DNA of 63,643 nt, filler included, from Bigelowiella natans CCMP2755 (lineage: Eukaryota; Protista; Cercozoa), in NCBI GenBank assembly GCA_000320545.1. It is 7 parts of 7 records of this genome, joined end to end, with 100 filler letters (N's around TTAATTAATTAA, not from the genome) between each part and the next. Parts side by side here need not be neighbours in the genome. Positions count along the whole stretch, not along the records: positions 61,326 to 62,424 come from ADNK01000468.1; positions 62,525 to 63,643 come from ADNK01002190.1; 5 more parts are not named here. One strand, 5' to 3'. The position numbers were made by a program, and so were the translations under genes. The notes under the pieces are model-generated. The model was not told the DNA's origin. It saw only the letters and a program-made list of their open reading frames with translations, and made no database searches. Shown in pieces: positions 61,632-63,643 of this stretch. Numbering within the stretch: position 1 is the first letter of the stretch; the number at the start of each line of letters is the position of its first letter.

Positions 61632-62524
61632 TCTGCTAGATCGAAATAACAAGAGAAGGCTAATGGCCGGAGCGAAACTCGTAAGCATGCTACTCGTGAT
61701 GTTGTCAATTTGGTTCAATGAAAATATTGTATCGAGACGCTTGCTGATCCCCTCCCCCCCTCACTGGCCTTCTCGTGATAACTCAACATAGATACTCCGG
61801 AAGTTGATCCAAGAGCTCGAAATTACGAGTAAGTAGCAGCTGCGATAATAGCTCATCATGATGGTCATCTCAGCATCTGCTGCTCTCATTCAACTGCCCC
61901 TCCCCTTTGGCTATGTTTTCGCATGAGTGTTATTTTTGGAAGGGGGGGGGAGGGTTACATAGATGTAGTAGTAGTAGTAGTAGTAGTATTTCATTTTCCA
62001 ATACCCGGGTGACTGCCATCACACCTCCTCCCCCCCCCCAACACGATGCAGTGATTGATAAAGAATCTTGGGGAGCCCATCGGCATGTGCCTGACAAAAG
62101 CATGCGGGAATGTCTTATGTTTATCGTTTAAACGAGGTGACTCTCATACTCTTTTTCAGGGGATTTACTTTCCCACTGCAACGCACAACGTGGTCTTGGT
62201 GTGCCCCCTACGTGACTCATCTATGCGGGGACCGTTGCCAGGCCTGGGACTGAATCGCCCAAACGCATTCAGACCTGGTACTTATATTACGTCTGTTTTG
62301 TATCGCCGACAACATTATACAGATCTCGATTACCACCGCGCAAACACCCCCTCCCGAACAAGTATGGAGAGAGCCTCCTCCCTACATATATATCTCTATA
62401 TCTACCCTATCTATATATATTTAGNNNNNNNNNNNNNNNNNNNNNNNNNNNNNNNNNNNNNNNNNNNNTTAATTAATTAANNNNNNNNNNNNNNNNNNNN
62501 NNNNNNNNNNNNNNNNNNNNNNNN

Positions 62525-62780
62525 CTCGCGCGCGCGCGCGCGCGCGCGCGCGCGCGTCCCTGCCTTCCGCGCATATATATGTACATGCGCGCGCGTGCGA
62601 GCGCGCGCGCGCGCGCGCACACACACACACACACACACGCCCGCGCGCGCGCGCGCTCTCTCTCGCGCGCTCTCTCTCTCTCTCTCTCGCGCGCGCGAGC
62701 GCGCGCGCGCGCGACATTACAGAAAGCAATATGAAAGACACCCACACTCTCTCACCCTCTCTAAAGATACTCAGCGAGCT

Positions 62781-62850
<70 letters not shown>
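62525..62850. repeat. Compound microsatellite (CG)n/(CA)n/(CT)n/(TA)n
   Basis: Seen directly; representative of the many microsatellites in host introns. Confidence 0.95.
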
Positions 62851-62855
<5 letters not shown>

Positions 62856-62885
62856 CCTTCGATCGCTGCTGCTTATTCTCTCCAG

Positions 62886-63233
62886 ATGAGGAGTACAAGT
62901 CTCTGAGCCCGGAGCACTTCGTTCCCTTCCCCGCCATCCGCACGCCAAACTTCTCCGACGAGGTCCACATCGAGAAGGGGGGCGCGAGAGGGTTGGAGCT
63001 CAAGGTGCGAGATGTCAATGGAAGACTGCGCATCACCACCCTGGATCTCTTCCTTAAGCACATCGGTAAATTTATCGGCGATCTCGGCGAGGAGACACGC
63101 TGGAACGACCCCGTGGACTGTACAGTCCCATTGGCGGTGGCGCACCAATTTAGCATCCTCCCCCTCCCCCCTGGAAGCAGCAGCAAGGGAATTGGGAAGA
63201 AAATCGACATCGGAATTGCGGCTTTTGGCTACC
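62886..63233 (+). CDS. Internal exon of a hypothetical protein
   Basis: AG/GT-bounded GC-rich open frame: PAIRTPNFSDEVHIEK...QFSILPLP...AAFGYQ|. Confidence 0.55.
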
Positions 63234-63277
63234 AGGTTCTCCTCACCCACCACCACCATCACCAGCCAGGAGAAAGA

Positions 63278-63319
<42 letters not shown>

Positions 63320-63549
63320 CGAGTATAGTCTGCTTCGCTATGGCTGCTTTACACAACTTGGAAGAGGCCTTTTTGTTTTCCTTTCCTTTCGCTTGAAATT
63401 TTTCGCGGGTGCGACAGTAAGGAGACGTGAGGGGTTTGAGGAGATGTTCGGTTTGATTCTATGATAGCCATGGCTATTGTTACGCCCATCGTTTTGATGT
63501 TATTTTTTTGGGTTACCTTCTCTCTGTATCTTTCCCCCCCCCCACCCCC

Positions 63550-63587
<38 letters not shown>

Positions 63588-63643
63588 ATTATGACCCAAA
63601 GTTCCCCCCCACCCCCTCCCCCCCTGAAATGTACACAAATTTC

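Noticed and set aside
5373-62524. Recurrent TTAATTAATTAA palindrome as a biological repeat
   Set aside because: Always centred in an identical 100-bp N spacer, so it is an artificial contig linker.

Overview
Eukaryotic nuclear scaffold built from 7 contigs joined by artificial 100-bp N44-TTAATTAATTAA-N44 spacers. The host genes are intron-rich, often with microsatellite-filled introns. Several encode signal peptide plus R/G/S-rich transit peptide leaders (OHP1, a FAD oxidoreductase, DUF4336), which points by inference to an alga with a complex plastid, chlorarachniophyte-like. Other genes are a polycystin-1-like REJ/GPS protein, a nucleotide-sugar transporter, PH-, C2- and FHA-domain proteins, an MFS transporter and a FEX fluoride exporter. 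At 20.3-30.8 kb lies a nest of mobile DNA. A Ty3/gypsy-type pol (RT ... RNaseH-integrase, plus a possible Dam-like domain, PPT and LTR) is split by about 7 kb holding a Crinkler/RHS-type NTPase-REase gene and a Polinton/PLV-like PolB-SF1 helicase-HNH fusion. The main signal is kilobase tracts (20.3-23.0, 28.8-30.8, 44.3-45.6 kb, partly 37.1-38.1 kb) in which TpA is erased and replaced by TpG/CpA on both strands, while CpG is kept and CTAG is the only surviving context. Conserved tyrosines there have become Cys or His (YIDD>CIDD, YYW>CHW). This looks like a RIP-like genome-defence hypermutation with the opposite chemistry (A:T>G:C at TpA).
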